A stretch of 64,000 nucleotides of DNA from Synechococcus sp. (GTDB lineage: Bacteria > Cyanobacteriota > Cyanobacteriia > Thermostichales > PCC-7336): the NCBI GenBank assembly GCA_051439605.1, contig JBFRWN010000124.1:96001-160000 (forward strand), written 5' to 3'. Every line of letters begins with the position of its first letter. Position 1 is the first letter of the stretch. The notes beneath the pieces were generated by a model, which was not told the origin of the DNA, searched no databases, and was given only the letters and a program-made list of their open reading frames with translations. Position numbers and translations under genes: made by a program. Below are positions 1-10,715 of this stretch, in pieces.

Positions 1-308
1 ACCCCCTCTAAATAGTCTTTTAGGCCGGAGGGACCGTAGATGTCGACTTCGTGCGGGACGTTACTCATCCCTAAGGTGGAGAGCAACCCAGGTAATCCGT
101 AGATGTGATCCCCGTGCATGTGAGTGATGAAAATCCGGCGGGTTTGGTTGGAGTTGAGCAGAGGGTTGCGCAGAATCTGATGCTGAGTCGCTTCTCCGCA
201 GTCGAGTAACCACATTTCCGATCGCTGCGGCAGCTGCAGGGCAATTCCCGAAACATTTCGACCTCTTGTGGGGACTCCCGAGCTGGTGCCCAAAAACGTT
301 ACCCGCAA
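1..308 (-). CDS. rnz: Ribonuclease Z, 5' part (runs off window start)
   Basis: Not in the ORF track. Manual translation from TTG at 308: [44 protein letters not shown]...[18 protein letters not shown]...DIYGPSGL, containing the FLGT, DCGE and THxHxDH RNase Z motifs. Confidence 0.95.
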   Translation of the reverse strand, partial: MRVTFLGTSSGVPTRGRNVSGIALQLPQRSEMWLLDCGEATQHQILRNPLLNSNQTRRIFITHMHGDHIYGLPGLLSTLGMSNVPHEVDIYGPSGLKDYLEG

Positions 309-480
309 GGCTGTCGGGTCGCGATCGCTCATAACGCCCTGAAAAATCTGCTTTTCAATCCTAAGGTATGGCGATTGCCTGCGATATAGCTTTTGCCATC
401 CGAGTTAAAACCGAAAGGGTTGTGTCCAGTCACAGACCTGGACTTCTGAGGTGTTCTGTATGACTTGACAGTCGCAATAG

Positions 481-511
481 TCACAGAATCCTCAACATTC
501 CTGTTTACAAC
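481..511 (+). promoter_or_regulatory. TCAC-N7-TCA 11-bp direct repeat followed by a -10-like hexamer upstream of usp
   Basis: TCACAGAATCCTCAA, 11 bp, TACAAC; same geometry at 5543 and 10372. Confidence 0.45.
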
Positions 512-612
512 AGATATGGAGGGGTAGCGGGAGAGATGGTTTGCCCTCAAGGATTGCGTCTCCGTTATCTCCTCCTCACGATGCGTCTCTGCAGAAGCCG
601 TGCGAGGTTCTT

Positions 613-1152
613 ATGTTTCAGAAAATTTTGGTTGCCTTAGACCGTTCGGATATAGCCGATCGCGTGCTGGATGAAGCGATCGACTTGGCTAAGGCCACCG
701 GCAGCCACCTCATGCTTGTACACGTTCTATCGGACACTGAAGATGGTGCCCCCCAAGCTGCGAATGTTGGAGTTGGGATGGAATATTGGTACTCCAACCT
801 CGACTTGCTGTCCTCTTATCGAGATAGCTGGAAACGGTACGAACAGTCTTGCCTCGACCAACTGAAGGCAGAAGCGAACTATGCGAAAGCAAAAGGAGTT
901 GAGGCGGAATGGTCCCAGCAAATGGGGTATCCGGGCCGAAATATCTGCGATTTGGCAGCGGCCTGGAAAGCCGATGCGATTGTGATGGGTCGCCACGGTC
1001 GGCGGGGGCTGAATGAATTACTGATGGGCAGCGTGAGCAATTACGTTACCCACCACGCCCGTTGTGCAGTGGTGCTTGTCGGATTGCCGACAGAGGGCGG
1101 CGGCGAGGAATCGGCCGAGGAGCGTGAAGCATCCCCGGTGGCTACGGCTTAA
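613..1152 (+). CDS. Universal stress protein (UspA family)
   Basis: FQKILVALD...IVMGRHGRRGLNELLMGSVSNYVTHHARCAVVLV; ATG at 613 after GAGG. Confidence 0.95.
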   Translation: MFQKILVALDRSDIADRVLDEAIDLAKATGSHLMLVHVLSDTEDGAPQAANVGVGMEYWYSNLDLLSSYRDSWKRYEQSCLDQLKAEANYAKAKGVEAEWSQQMGYPGRNICDLAAAWKADAIVMGRHGRRGLNELLMGSVSNYVTHHARCAVVLVGLPTEGGGEESAEEREASPVATA

Positions 1153-1273
1153 GGGAGAAGACCCATTTGTCTATACCGCCTGCTGTAGATGAATTGTTCG
1201 CTAGATGAAATTTATGGAATTCGCTGATGGATGAAACTCGCTAGTAGATTGCAGTCGAAATAGAGGAGCTGAC

Positions 1274-3256
1274 GTGGGACTGAATAAACATGGGAAGACC
1301 GATCCCCAGAAGTCTCCAGAGGGTCTGGGGGCTGGGTTGCTGCCGCTGTTTTTGCTGCTGCTGTTGGTGAGCTTGTTTGTGCCCCAAAGATCTGTGCAGG
1401 AGACAGTGCCCTACAGCCAGTTTCTCGATCGCGTCGAAGCAGGGGTTGTAGAACAGGTGGAAATTGGGACCACCAGTATCGAATTTGTGTTGAAGCCCCA
1501 GGAAGGTGAAGAGGAAGGACAAACCCTAGTCACAGTACCGGTGGCTGAAGACGCCGAACTGGTAGCGCTGCTGCGGGAGCATGGAGTGCGATTCTCTGGA
1601 GTTCCCCGCGCACAAGGTGGGTTGCGCTCCCTTCTAGGATGGCTATTCCCGCTGCTATTATTTTTTGCCATGTGGTCGTGGATTTTTGGTAGAGCACAGC
1701 AAACGGGCCAGGGCGCCAATCCGCTGTCCTTTGGCAAAAGTCGGGCGCGCATTTATGCAGAGGGGGCAACCAAGGTGACCTTTGCCGATGTGGCGGGGGT
1801 GGATGAAGCTAAGGAAGAGTTGCAGGAGTTGGTGTCGTTTCTGCAGGATGCGGAGCGGTACACGCGACTGGGGGCCAAAATCCCGAAGGGGGTGTTGCTG
1901 GTAGGGCCACCAGGCACCGGGAAAACACTCTTGGCACGAGCAATCGCCGGAGAAGCAAAGGTGCCGTTTTTCAGTATTTCGGGGGCGGAATTTATCGAGT
2001 TATTTGTGGGGGTAGGAGCTTCGCGGGTGCGCAGCTTGTTTGAGCAGGCCAAACGGCAGGCCCCATGCATTGTGTTTATTGATGAGCTGGATGCCTTGGG
2101 GAAATCTCGGGCCAGCGCGGGTCCCATGATGGGGGCTAGCGACGAGCGGGAGCAGACGTTGAATCAGTTGTTGGCGGAGTTGGATGGCTTTGACCCGAAT
2201 AGCGGTGTGATTTTGTTGGCGGCCACTAACCGTCCGGAAGTGTTGGACCCGGCCCTTTTACGTCCTGGTCGATTTAACCGCCAGGTGCTGGTCGATCGCC
2301 CCGATCGCGTGGGTCGATTAGCCATTCTCAAAGTGCATGCCCGCGATGTCAAACTGGCCCCGGATATTAATCTGGGTAAGATTGCCGCCCGCACCCCTGG
2401 ATTTGCCGGGGCGGATCTCGCAAATTTGATCAACGAAGCGGCGTTATTGGCGGCGCGCAAAAATCACAGTGTTGTAGAGATGGCAGATTTTGACGAGGCG
2501 ATCGAGCGGGTGTTGGCGGGGTTAGAAAAGCGATCGCGCATTCTCAACGAACAGGAACAAAAGGTTGTTGCCCATCACGAAGTAGGGCATGCGATTGTGG
2601 GAGCTTTGATGCCGGGGTTGGGGTCGGTGGAGAAGATTTCAGTGGTGCCGAGGGGAGCGGCAGCGTTGGGTTATACACTGCAGTTGCCAGAGGAGGACCG
2701 ATATTTGGTGGGTGAGGATGAAATTCGCGGACGGTTAGCAACGTTGCTGGCGGGAAGAGTGGCGGAGGAAACTGTGTTTAACAAGACGTCCACTGGTGCG
2801 AGTGACGATATTCAAAAAGCAACGGATTTGGCGGAGCGGTACGTCACGCTGTACGGCATGAGCGAGGTATTGGGACCGGTCGCCTTCGAAAAATCTCAGC
2901 CTCAGTTTCTGGAGGGGTATGCCAATCCTCGACGGGCGGTGAGTCCGAAGGTTTCGGAGGAGATCGATCGCGAGGTAAAAGGCTTGATTGATTCGGCGCG
3001 GACGATGGCCGGGGCGATTCTGGCGCTTAATCGGGATGTGTTGTACGAAGCTGCTCAGTTATTGCTGCAACGGGAAGTGCTGGATGGAGAAGATCTCAAA
3101 CGCTTGCTCGATCGCGTTCAAGCTCCGGCTGAGTTAAGAGAGTGGTTGTGTAGCGGGAAGATTGTGGGGGCAACATCCCAGCCAAATAGCTATCACAATA
3201 CTGTTGCTCGCTCGGCGACGGCGACCAATCCTGCCCGCCTCTCGTCTAACTATTAA
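1274..3256 (+). CDS. ftsH: ATP-dependent zinc metalloprotease FtsH
   Basis: Two TM helices, Walker A GPPGTGKT, Walker B IVFIDE, SRH, HEVGH zinc motif. Confidence 0.97.
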   Translation: MGLNKHGKTDPQKSPEGLGAGLLPLFLLLLLVSLFVPQRSVQETVPYSQFLDRVEAGVVEQVEIGTTSIEFVLKPQEGEEEGQTLVTVPVAEDAELVALLREHGVRFSGVPRAQGGLRSLLGWLFPLLLFFAMWSWIFGRAQQTGQGANPLSFGKSRARIYAEGATKVTFADVAGVDEAKEELQELVSFLQDAERYTRLGAKIPKGVLLVGPPGTGKTLLARAIAGEAKVPFFSISGAEFIELFVGVGASRVRSLFEQAKRQAPCIVFIDELDALGKSRASAGPMMGASDEREQTLNQLLAELDGFDPNSGVILLAATNRPEVLDPALLRPGRFNRQVLVDRPDRVGRLAILKVHARDVKLAPDINLGKIAARTPGFAGADLANLINEAALLAARKNHSVVEMADFDEAIERVLAGLEKRSRILNEQEQKVVAHHEVGHAIVGALMPGLGSVEKISVVPRGAAALGYTLQLPEEDRYLVGEDEIRGRLATLLAGRVAEETVFNKTSTGASDDIQKATDLAERYVTLYGMSEVLGPVAFEKSQPQFLEGYANPRRAVSPKVSEEIDREVKGLIDSARTMAGAILALNRDVLYEAAQLLLQREVLDGEDLKRLLDRVQAPAELREWLCSGKIVGATSQPNSYHNTVARSATATNPARLSSNY

Positions 3257-3633
3257 ATCTGGTTGGCACCTTAGGGGCCTCTCATAAGGTATCAGTAGTC
3301 GGGTAGAGAGGACTCCTCCAATACTTAGGTTTGCTTCGTCTTTCCAGTTTCTCCCGTCTTTTAGTTCGAGAGTGTCACAAGACTCAGCTATGTGGGTTGT
3401 CGATAGTCCTTACTGTCACAGATACAATGTTGTTTATCCGAGACGGTGAAGTCCGGATGTTCAGCAAACTCTGTTCATAAGGAGCTCAGAACTCAGCCCG
3501 AGATGGAGTCCTCTACGACTTCCAGTGAACTTGAGTGTAGGCTCACTCCAAAATTCTTTAACGCAGATAAATCCACATGGTTGACGACCCCAGTTTATTG
3601 AATACAGGTATAGTAGCCTGCCATTAGAGTTCT

Positions 3634-5193
3634 TCATTCACCAGCTGCGGCAGTTGTGGAAGGAATCTCGTAAAGAGCCATAACGTTTCTAACTGAAAAA
3701 CTCGCTCCCTTTGAACCCGACAGCCCCATTGCAATGACTAATCCGCAAAATCCATCAGATTTGCTGCAGCGCTTATCCCATTCCTGCCGAGCTCGTATGT
3801 GATTGGGCTCGGTCGCATCAAACTCGGCCAGCATATGCATCTTGCCATCGCCGGTTTCCAACAAGCAGATGTCGTATTTTTCTTGAGAGTGCAGTTCTTC
3901 TCCCGACACCCAGCAGAGCGTTTTTGCCCCTCCTGCTGTCTTTATCCGGTCGAGCATTTTCTGAGCTTGTGGACGACTGGTCTGAATTGAAAAGACAGGA
4001 AATTTATCCCCTTTCAGTTCAAAGGCTGTCACAGCCTTTTTGAATACTTTTGCCTTGAGTCTGACAGTATTTAATAAACTCTCCGGCATCCAACCCAAGC
4101 TGTAAGCCATTTTCTCGGGAGCCAAATCGTAATGTACGACTTGCCTCTCGGCTGCAGATTCAGCGGTCATTTTTGCCAGTTCAAACGCAAACTTGGGTTG
4201 AGTAGATACTCTAATTGAGACTTTTTCTTCTGGATTAAGGGGATTAGAAACTCGAAAACGACTGGTAAGAGTCGGAAAAATAGGATCGGCCAACGATGTC
4301 TTGTGTTTCTTAACAAATCGATGCAGAGCTGTGAGGACGAGAATGACTGCGGCAGCTTCTTCTTCATCGAGTGCATGGCGCATTCCTTCTAGAGGATGGA
4401 TGCAGCCAAATTCAGGAACGAGGTGCTCGCTCTCAGAAAATGGTATTTCTAGATATCCCTCGGTGGGGATGAAGTTCAAAAAGAAACAATCTTGAGCGAG
4501 AAAAGCATCTTGCAGCGTTTCTTCTGTAGAATCCGAGTTTAAGACCTGCTGGCGAAACTGTTGGAGGGAGTCAGCAGAGCGATACATCAGCAATCCTGCG
4601 TCGATTCCTGCCATACCTAATGTTGATACATATAGGGTTTCTACGTCGCTGTGGTTGAGTTCTACAGACAGAATTCGAGTTTCATCCAGCACATCCCAAG
4701 GCCCATCTTGCAAGATGGCTTCAGCGCAATCTAGCATCGCTTCTTTCAGAGCAGGTGGTAAGGGAGACGCAAGGGTCTGGGTCGTTGTTAGCACCTGTTC
4801 GAATACTTCATCGCACAGTGGCAAGTTAGGACTGTGCTTCACGTCGATCTCAAGGTCTTGCAAAACACCCCGAAGAAACAGTTGTAGTTCACGATTTCTC
4901 ACGAGAATTGTTTTGGGTCTGGCAGGAGGGAGTCCCGAGTTGGGATGCTCGATGGCCTGTAGTAAAACGCGAACTGTGGCTTCCATCCCAGACTGTCCGG
5001 GGATGACATCCATAGCCCTCACCGCGGGAAAAGACCGATCCATCCAGATGATGCAATCTCCCGACTGCTGGGTACTTGGATCGATACCTGCAATCAACTC
5101 TGGAGAGAGAGAGCGTCGATCGCCTTCCCAGGTAGAAGGCTGTTTAGGCAGTCTCTTGAGACGGCGAAGCGTTGATTTGTTTAAGAATGTCAT
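3634..5193 (-). CDS. Conserved cyanobacterial hypothetical protein (DUF6930-like)
   Basis: 519-aa ORF; N-terminal STLRRLKRLP..WEGDRR and IQTSRP motifs resemble a known cyanobacterial family. Confidence 0.7.
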   Translation of the reverse strand: MTFLNKSTLRRLKRLPKQPSTWEGDRRSLSPELIAGIDPSTQQSGDCIIWMDRSFPAVRAMDVIPGQSGMEATVRVLLQAIEHPNSGLPPARPKTILVRNRELQLFLRGVLQDLEIDVKHSPNLPLCDEVFEQVLTTTQTLASPLPPALKEAMLDCAEAILQDGPWDVLDETRILSVELNHSDVETLYVSTLGMAGIDAGLLMYRSADSLQQFRQQVLNSDSTEETLQDAFLAQDCFFLNFIPTEGYLEIPFSESEHLVPEFGCIHPLEGMRHALDEEEAAAVILVLTALHRFVKKHKTSLADPIFPTLTSRFRVSNPLNPEEKVSIRVSTQPKFAFELAKMTAESAAERQVVHYDLAPEKMAYSLGWMPESLLNTVRLKAKVFKKAVTAFELKGDKFPVFSIQTSRPQAQKMLDRIKTAGGAKTLCWVSGEELHSQEKYDICLLETGDGKMHMLAEFDATEPNHIRARQEWDKRCSKSDGFCGLVIAMGLSGSKGASFSVRNVMALYEIPSTTAAAGE

Positions 5194-5542
5194 TCAGAGA
5201 GCGAATCGATTGGCTTTGCAGATTAAGACTCAGTCCGATCGCACCCTATCCAACCAGATATGAGTCTGCCTACAAAGGTTGCCATACCAAATCTGTTTTG
5301 CCTACCTCTTTGAAAGATAAGGCATTTTTCTTGTGTGGGAGAACTACAAAGGGGAATTTTAGGATTCGAGGGGTTCCGACGCAATCTAGCCCAATAACGC
5401 AGCCTGATACTCGATTGCGATCGCTCGTTCAAGCCATCAGAGGGTGGCTCGCTTTCACCTGTTTCGTTACCCAACGTCGCCACTTATTAACACGCACCAG
5501 AACTTGCGATCCCCGATCTGACAATTTCAGTCGAGGTTTACC

Positions 5543-5573
5543 TCACCAATTCCTCAGATTCATTAACTAGATT
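5543..5573 (+). promoter_or_regulatory. TCAC-N7-TCA direct repeat plus -10 (TAGATT) upstream of hpf-like gene
   Basis: TCACCAATTCCTCAG, 11-bp spacer, TAGATT at 5568. Confidence 0.5.
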
Positions 5574-5610
5574 TATAGACAAAGGGAACTCATGCGAAGG
5601 CAGAAGACTT

Positions 5611-6177
5611 ATGCGATTAACACCCCAAATTACATGGCGGACTATCCCACCCTCTGAAGCTGCTGAGGCCAAGATTCGAGAACGGATAGGGAAGCTGGAC
5701 GAGTTCTATAGTCACATCATGGACTGTCGGGTGATGGTTGAAGCACCGCATCGACATCACCATAAGGGTAGTCTCTACCATGTGCGAATCGATCTAACTG
5801 TACCCGGCAGGGAATTGATCGTAAAACGCGATCCGCCAAAACATCAAGCCCATGAGGATATCTATGTAGCAATTCGTGATGCCTTTGATAGTGCCGAACG
5901 GGAACTCAAGGATTATGCTCAACGGCAAAGAGGGGATGTTAAGACTCACGAAGTTCCATTTCACGGACGGATAGTAATGTTGTCACCGGAAGAAAGTTGT
6001 GGCTTCATTCAAGCTTCTGATGGTCATGAACTGTATTTCCATCAAAATAGTTTGATTAATGCCAATTTCAATCAACTTGAAATTGGACAAGAAGTCCGCT
6101 TTGCAGAAGAAAAAGGGGATCGGGGTCCGCAAGCCAGTACGCTTAGGGTCATTGGAAAACATCATCTCCATGATTAA
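5611..6177 (+). CDS. HPF/RaiA ribosome hibernation factor fused to a C-terminal cold-shock domain
   Basis: HPF motif HEDIYVAIRDAFDSAERELK; CSD motifs GFI...ELYFH...VRFAEEKGDRGPQA. Confidence 0.9.
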   Translation: MRLTPQITWRTIPPSEAAEAKIRERIGKLDEFYSHIMDCRVMVEAPHRHHHKGSLYHVRIDLTVPGRELIVKRDPPKHQAHEDIYVAIRDAFDSAERELKDYAQRQRGDVKTHEVPFHGRIVMLSPEESCGFIQASDGHELYFHQNSLINANFNQLEIGQEVRFAEEKGDRGPQASTLRVIGKHHLHD

Positions 6178-7129
6178 AAAGTTCTCCTAAGGCCGAATCA
6201 GGCTTTTGCATAAGGTTTTCATCTTGACATCCAATTGCAGACTTGCCAAAACTATCGTTTCAGAAGTTTTTAGTCGAAACTAACAAAGAGGAGCTGGGCA
6301 CTTGTGAGTGTTGTAGGACTGAATCAGATCCTAATAGGTTACTCACAGTCTTTTGCAGAATTTCTGAGCCAGGAGTCTGTCAGCCAACTACATCTCAGGA
6401 ACAACTACTAATCAAGGGAGGGCATATTGGGAGAGTACCAAAAAGAGGAAAAAAGAGCGATCGCAGAATTAGAACAATACTATTCAGAGCGGAGTCATCT
6501 GCTCAATCAGACCAGAAGTTGGTAAACCCTCCTAGTAATATTTTGATGTATCGAACAGTGTGTAGATTGAATATAAAATCTAGTATGTCGAACATGTTTT
6601 CTAGGCAGTATTGATACTAGTTAATGAGTCTCCTCCTGAAAATTATTTAGAGTCGATCTATCTTTCACCATGCTGTAACAAAAAGTTGACTTTGATCGAA
6701 TATCTTCATCGTCTCTCTTCGGTAGATACTGAGTCGCTTGAGAGTACATCACAGTTTTACAAACCTTACATCACTCATGATTTTTCAAGGCCTCTCAAAA
6801 TGGCCACCAGAAGATGAATTGAGCTGTTATTACTCTAGCAATATAAGTTTTAAACAGAAATCTAGTGTTTCCAAGGATTTCTGTTTTCAACATGTACTCC
6901 TTTTCATTGCTTGAGTAATAAGTGTTTAGACTCATGACATGATTGAGATGCACTTTTGTTTTAGGGATAATAAGCCCATCCAACCAATCCAAGAGCAGAA
7001 ATTCAGTTATGGCTGAAGAACTAGGGATTAGACTAGATATAGGGACCTACTTTGAGAAATGACTCGTTAAGTAGCCACTCCCTATTTGTGGAAACAATTC
7101 ATGACATTAACCTAGAGGAGGTGATTGTT

Positions 7130-7555
7130 GTGACATACGATCCCGAACGAACTCCTGCCGAAGCTAATACCGTGTCGGCCCCGCAGAAAGACCTCACTGA
7201 AGAAGTCCTTAAGGTCAATTCAGGGGACGTAGTATTCGAGGACCTGGCAGATCGCGATACAGGGTTGGGAAGAACTTTACGGCGGCGGCTAGAGGAGGCT
7301 GGAGCTGGTGTGGCCCCCACAGGGGGTGATATCGATGTCAATCAGTATCAGGCTAAAGTCGGGGGTGAAGAAGCAGTGGGAGGAACAACACCTACGCCGG
7401 ATCAGAATGTGGTAGATGATTTGGCAGATTCCGTAGGTATTGGGACTCCTGACGAACATCCATTGCGTACTCTTCGGATGCTGCAACAGCGTGACGCCCA
7501 TCCGTGGGAGTTAGAGCCAGAGTCAGCTGAAGATTATGAGGAACGTAAGGACTGA
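7130..7555 (+). CDS. Acidic hypothetical protein (DUF6335-like)
   Basis: TGGDID...GEEAVGGTTPTPDQNVVDDL motif; GTG at 7130 after GAGGAGG. Confidence 0.75.
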   Translation: MTYDPERTPAEANTVSAPQKDLTEEVLKVNSGDVVFEDLADRDTGLGRTLRRRLEEAGAGVAPTGGDIDVNQYQAKVGGEEAVGGTTPTPDQNVVDDLADSVGIGTPDEHPLRTLRMLQQRDAHPWELEPESAEDYEERKD

Positions 7556-7846
7556 GCCGCCGTAAAAGAAACTGTCAAACCTGTCTACTCAAGATCGAGG
7601 TAGGAATAACTGCCTGCTGTTCTGCCAACTGATCCAAAACATCAGTCTAGTCGGAGTTTCATGCGCTGCCCCACTATAGCTCCAGCAAGCATTGTCAACT
7701 TTATTCAATGGGTCATTCCTTCTTGCAAAAGGTCTAAAGAAGTGGCCAAAAAATCTTAATCTACTGTTCCCAATGCCAAGAATTTCTGACTAAATTCTCA
7801 ATGAAGTGCAAGCATACCAGTTAATGTGATAATTCCGGTTGAACCA

Positions 7847-8482
7847 ATGACAAAATCAATACACCCGATTGAGGGGCTTCAGGAAATCGTGTCCAGCTAT
7901 CGTCACATGCGAGGTGAACACGGACGAGAGGGCGAGCAAGGAAGCTGGCGCCGGAATCTGGTAGCACAGATGGAAGAACTGGAGCAGAAATTCGAGACAT
8001 TGCTTTCTCGTTGGGTGCTAGATGAAAAAGATCGAAGTAGCTGGCGTAATTGTCTTCACCATGGAGATCCGACACCGGAAGATAACTTGGAACGGGTACC
8101 TCCCATGTTCCTGGGTCGTTCAGAGATGGGTTCTGTAGTAGAGTTTCGAGAGAGTCCTCAAGGTGAGTACGCAGTCATTGTGGATGGAAGTTTGAGGCAG
8201 AGGTCTTCAAGTAGATTGACCTTTGGTGACTCTCGTCCCGTACTGGTTAACTTCGCGGATCAGAAATGGACTGAAATTAGTAGGGTTGACGAGTCTGCGT
8301 TAGAGGGGTTGCAAGGCTATGTTGCATCTCCCGCGGGTGAACCGCCCTGGCAGTTGGCTAGAATGCTGTTTTCCGATGGGCTGATTGACGCAAACTATAG
8401 TCTGACACCTCGTGGGAAGCGCATTCTGAACCAACGAGCAATGGAAAAGGAAGGACTGTTTCCATCTGAGGTGACGTTTTGA
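7847..8482 (+). CDS. Hypothetical protein
   Basis: About 211-aa ORF with protein-like composition; no family recognised. Confidence 0.65.
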   Translation: MTKSIHPIEGLQEIVSSYRHMRGEHGREGEQGSWRRNLVAQMEELEQKFETLLSRWVLDEKDRSSWRNCLHHGDPTPEDNLERVPPMFLGRSEMGSVVEFRESPQGEYAVIVDGSLRQRSSSRLTFGDSRPVLVNFADQKWTEISRVDESALEGLQGYVASPAGEPPWQLARMLFSDGLIDANYSLTPRGKRILNQRAMEKEGLFPSEVTF

Positions 8483-8937
8483 GACAGAATTGAACTTGTA
8501 ATATATTTATATCGTTGAGCTCGGATCTACTGCGTTACTCTGAATATCAAACCAATTTAAGTGAATGTGGTAATGATAAAACGATTAAATTGATCGCGAA
8601 CATTTGTAAGGCAAAATTACTGTACGTATTTTCGTCAACCTCTATCGAAGTCTAACCTTAGACAATTAGCTGTACGTGAGAGAAATAGCGATCTTATCTG
8701 AATTATATTAACAAAAAATATAGACTTCTACTACGTCTTGGCTTATTCAGTTTTAGTTTTGTAAGCAGCAACTATACTTAAAGAATAGAGCCTATAGAAC
8801 CGAAGCAAAAAACCTCAATCAATCACCTTGAGATTGATTAGTTTTCATATATGTATGAATCGTACATACAACAATAGCTTGATAGTCCTTTTTACATTCC
8901 ACCCAGTAGGGATTGCAATGGTAGAACCAGCTAAAAC

Positions 8938-9231
8938 TTATAGAAAAACAGAAAGTCTCTGGCCAAAATCAGCGAGGAGTTTACTCAATTGTTCCATTGT
9001 GTATCCGGGCTTCGATCGAACGGGAATGTCTGGATGAGTTGCGATGTGGATCTCATTGACAATTGCTGCGATTGATTCAAGATGCCCAAAGCTTTGTCCG
9101 TGCTTCATTGCTATCTCACGAAAGTGCTCGAACTGCTCTCTAGACATGTCCTTTCGGAAGGCAGCTAGATAGTCAAGAACTCGCTTCGAGGACTCTGCTC
9201 GGGATGGGCTTTTCCTTGAATAGTCTGTCAT
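8938..9231 (-). CDS. Hypothetical protein (97 aa)
   Basis: ATG start, GC-richer than the flanking intergenic DNA, amphipathic helical pattern. Confidence 0.55.
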   Translation of the reverse strand: MTDYSRKSPSRAESSKRVLDYLAAFRKDMSREQFEHFREIAMKHGQSFGHLESIAAIVNEIHIATHPDIPVRSKPGYTMEQLSKLLADFGQRLSVFL

Positions 9232-9673
9232 GGTGCCTGCTCATCAAATAGGGCTTGTTGTCTGTCATCGCGCAACATTCACCATCCTAAGATATGTTTA
9301 CGAGTCTGACTTAATAAATCGGCTGGAGGCCGAAGGATAGTAGAACCTTGGCTCTATTTAAGGCGATCGCACTGAATGACTCAAGGAACAAGTCACAGTT
9401 CCACGAGCAAGTTGCCCGACCGAAGGAAAACTTTCCGGAGAGCATTACTCGCGAGTCCACCTCTCAAAGGTAAGCAAATCCTTTGGACGTAAGCAACAGA
9501 TTGCTGATAATCACCCGTTCTTCATCCCTCAGATCGCGCTGGAATGACCTTGACGCTTTGGATGAGCAGCTATGGGCAAACGACTAGACAAGACCACCAG
9601 AACAAACCAGTTGCAGATCGGTGTGTCTGCAGATTAGCTGGCACTCTCTTGAGCTTACTTTTTACAGTAGTTC

Positions 9674-10012
9674 TTACTGCCAGTCAGCATCTGCTTGAGC
9701 TAGGACATAAGCTGAGACAGATTCAATTTGCTGTTCATCCAGTCGACCGGCAAAGGCAGGCATGGCATTTTTACCCTTCCTGACTTGAGATTGAATGGCG
9801 TCTATGGATGCCATGTTGTACTTCCCTAAGGTTGCTTTCTTTAGATCTTTGTTAGCGACTACAAGGTTAGCCCCGCCCTTGTGACAAGTCACACATTGAG
9901 CGTTAAAAACAGTTTTACCGAGGCTAAGATCGGGTTCTGCGCTAGCAGGATATGGAAAAGCAAGAGCTAAAACGACTAAAGCAACAAAAACAATACGAAT
10001 GAGTCTATTCAT
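9674..10012 (-). CDS. petJ: Cytochrome c6
   Basis: Signal peptide ending PASA, CVTCH heme motif, GKNAMPAF axial Met. Confidence 0.93.
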   Translation of the reverse strand: MNRLIRIVFVALVVLALAFPYPASAEPDLSLGKTVFNAQCVTCHKGGANLVVANKDLKKATLGKYNMASIDAIQSQVRKGKNAMPAFAGRLDEQQIESVSAYVLAQADADWQ

Positions 10013-10371
10013 CGAACAATGCTCCCGCTGCGCACAAGACAATTATTTCTAATGAGGTATACATTTTCGACAAGGCATCAGATTTTGTCAAAAGACAGGC
10101 TGTCAAAGATTATATTCTGTTTCATCTGGAAAAGAATATTGTCTGAGATGATATATTCTACTTCGGCTAAGCGTTGAGTTTGCGAGCTTCAGTAAAAATG
10201 GCCGATCAAAATCCCCTTTTCCTGTTTAAGTTCGAAATAAACAGTTACTAGAAACTTGATAATTTACACGCTACTCGAATCAGTTTCCCAGTCACTTATA
10301 AAGGAGAAAACTCTTTAATATTTTGCGAAATAAAACTATTTTGTAAGATTTGCTGTCTCAGTTATAATTCC

Positions 10372-10402
10372 TCACAAGAATCTCAAGTCAACTCTGTATC
10401 CT
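10372..10402 (+). promoter_or_regulatory. TCAC-N7-TCA direct repeat plus -10 (TATCCT)
   Basis: TCACAAGAATCTCAA, 11-bp spacer, TATCCT at 10397, upstream of the DHODH-like/pfkA operon. Confidence 0.5.
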
Positions 10403-10665
10403 TAATTGTGGTCAAGTGTTTTCCTTAAAGTCTAAAGCAAGTATTGATGGATATTCTATGTAATGAAACTATTCTGAATGATTTACAGAAAAATGCTGAA
10501 ACATTAAGCTGTAATAAAGTCCTCAATGGCTAGTTATTGAAGTCGATCTTCATTTCTAGATAGTGTCAAATTTTGCATAAGGGAGAACTTAGCATGACAC
10601 GGAACATGTTAGCTACTCGGTATCGTGGCATCCATAGTCTACCAACGGTCACACAAAGTGACAGC

Positions 10666-10679
10666 AATCGTACGTTGAG
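10666..10679 (+). promoter_or_regulatory. AATCGTACGTTGAG promoter element (contains TACGTT -10)
   Basis: Identical 14-mer at 16663-16676, at nearly the same distance from the next ATG. Confidence 0.55.
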
Positions 10680-10715
10680 GTGGAGAAAAAACACTCGGCC
10701 AAGAGGTAATTTGTA

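Noticed and set aside
71..256. 61-aa minus-strand ORF in the track
   Set aside because: Wrong frame; the real gene here is rnz, read from TTG at 308 in another minus frame.
6243..6992. Short ORFs in the AT-rich spacer after hpf
   Set aside because: TTG starts, no RBS or motifs; treated as intergenic.
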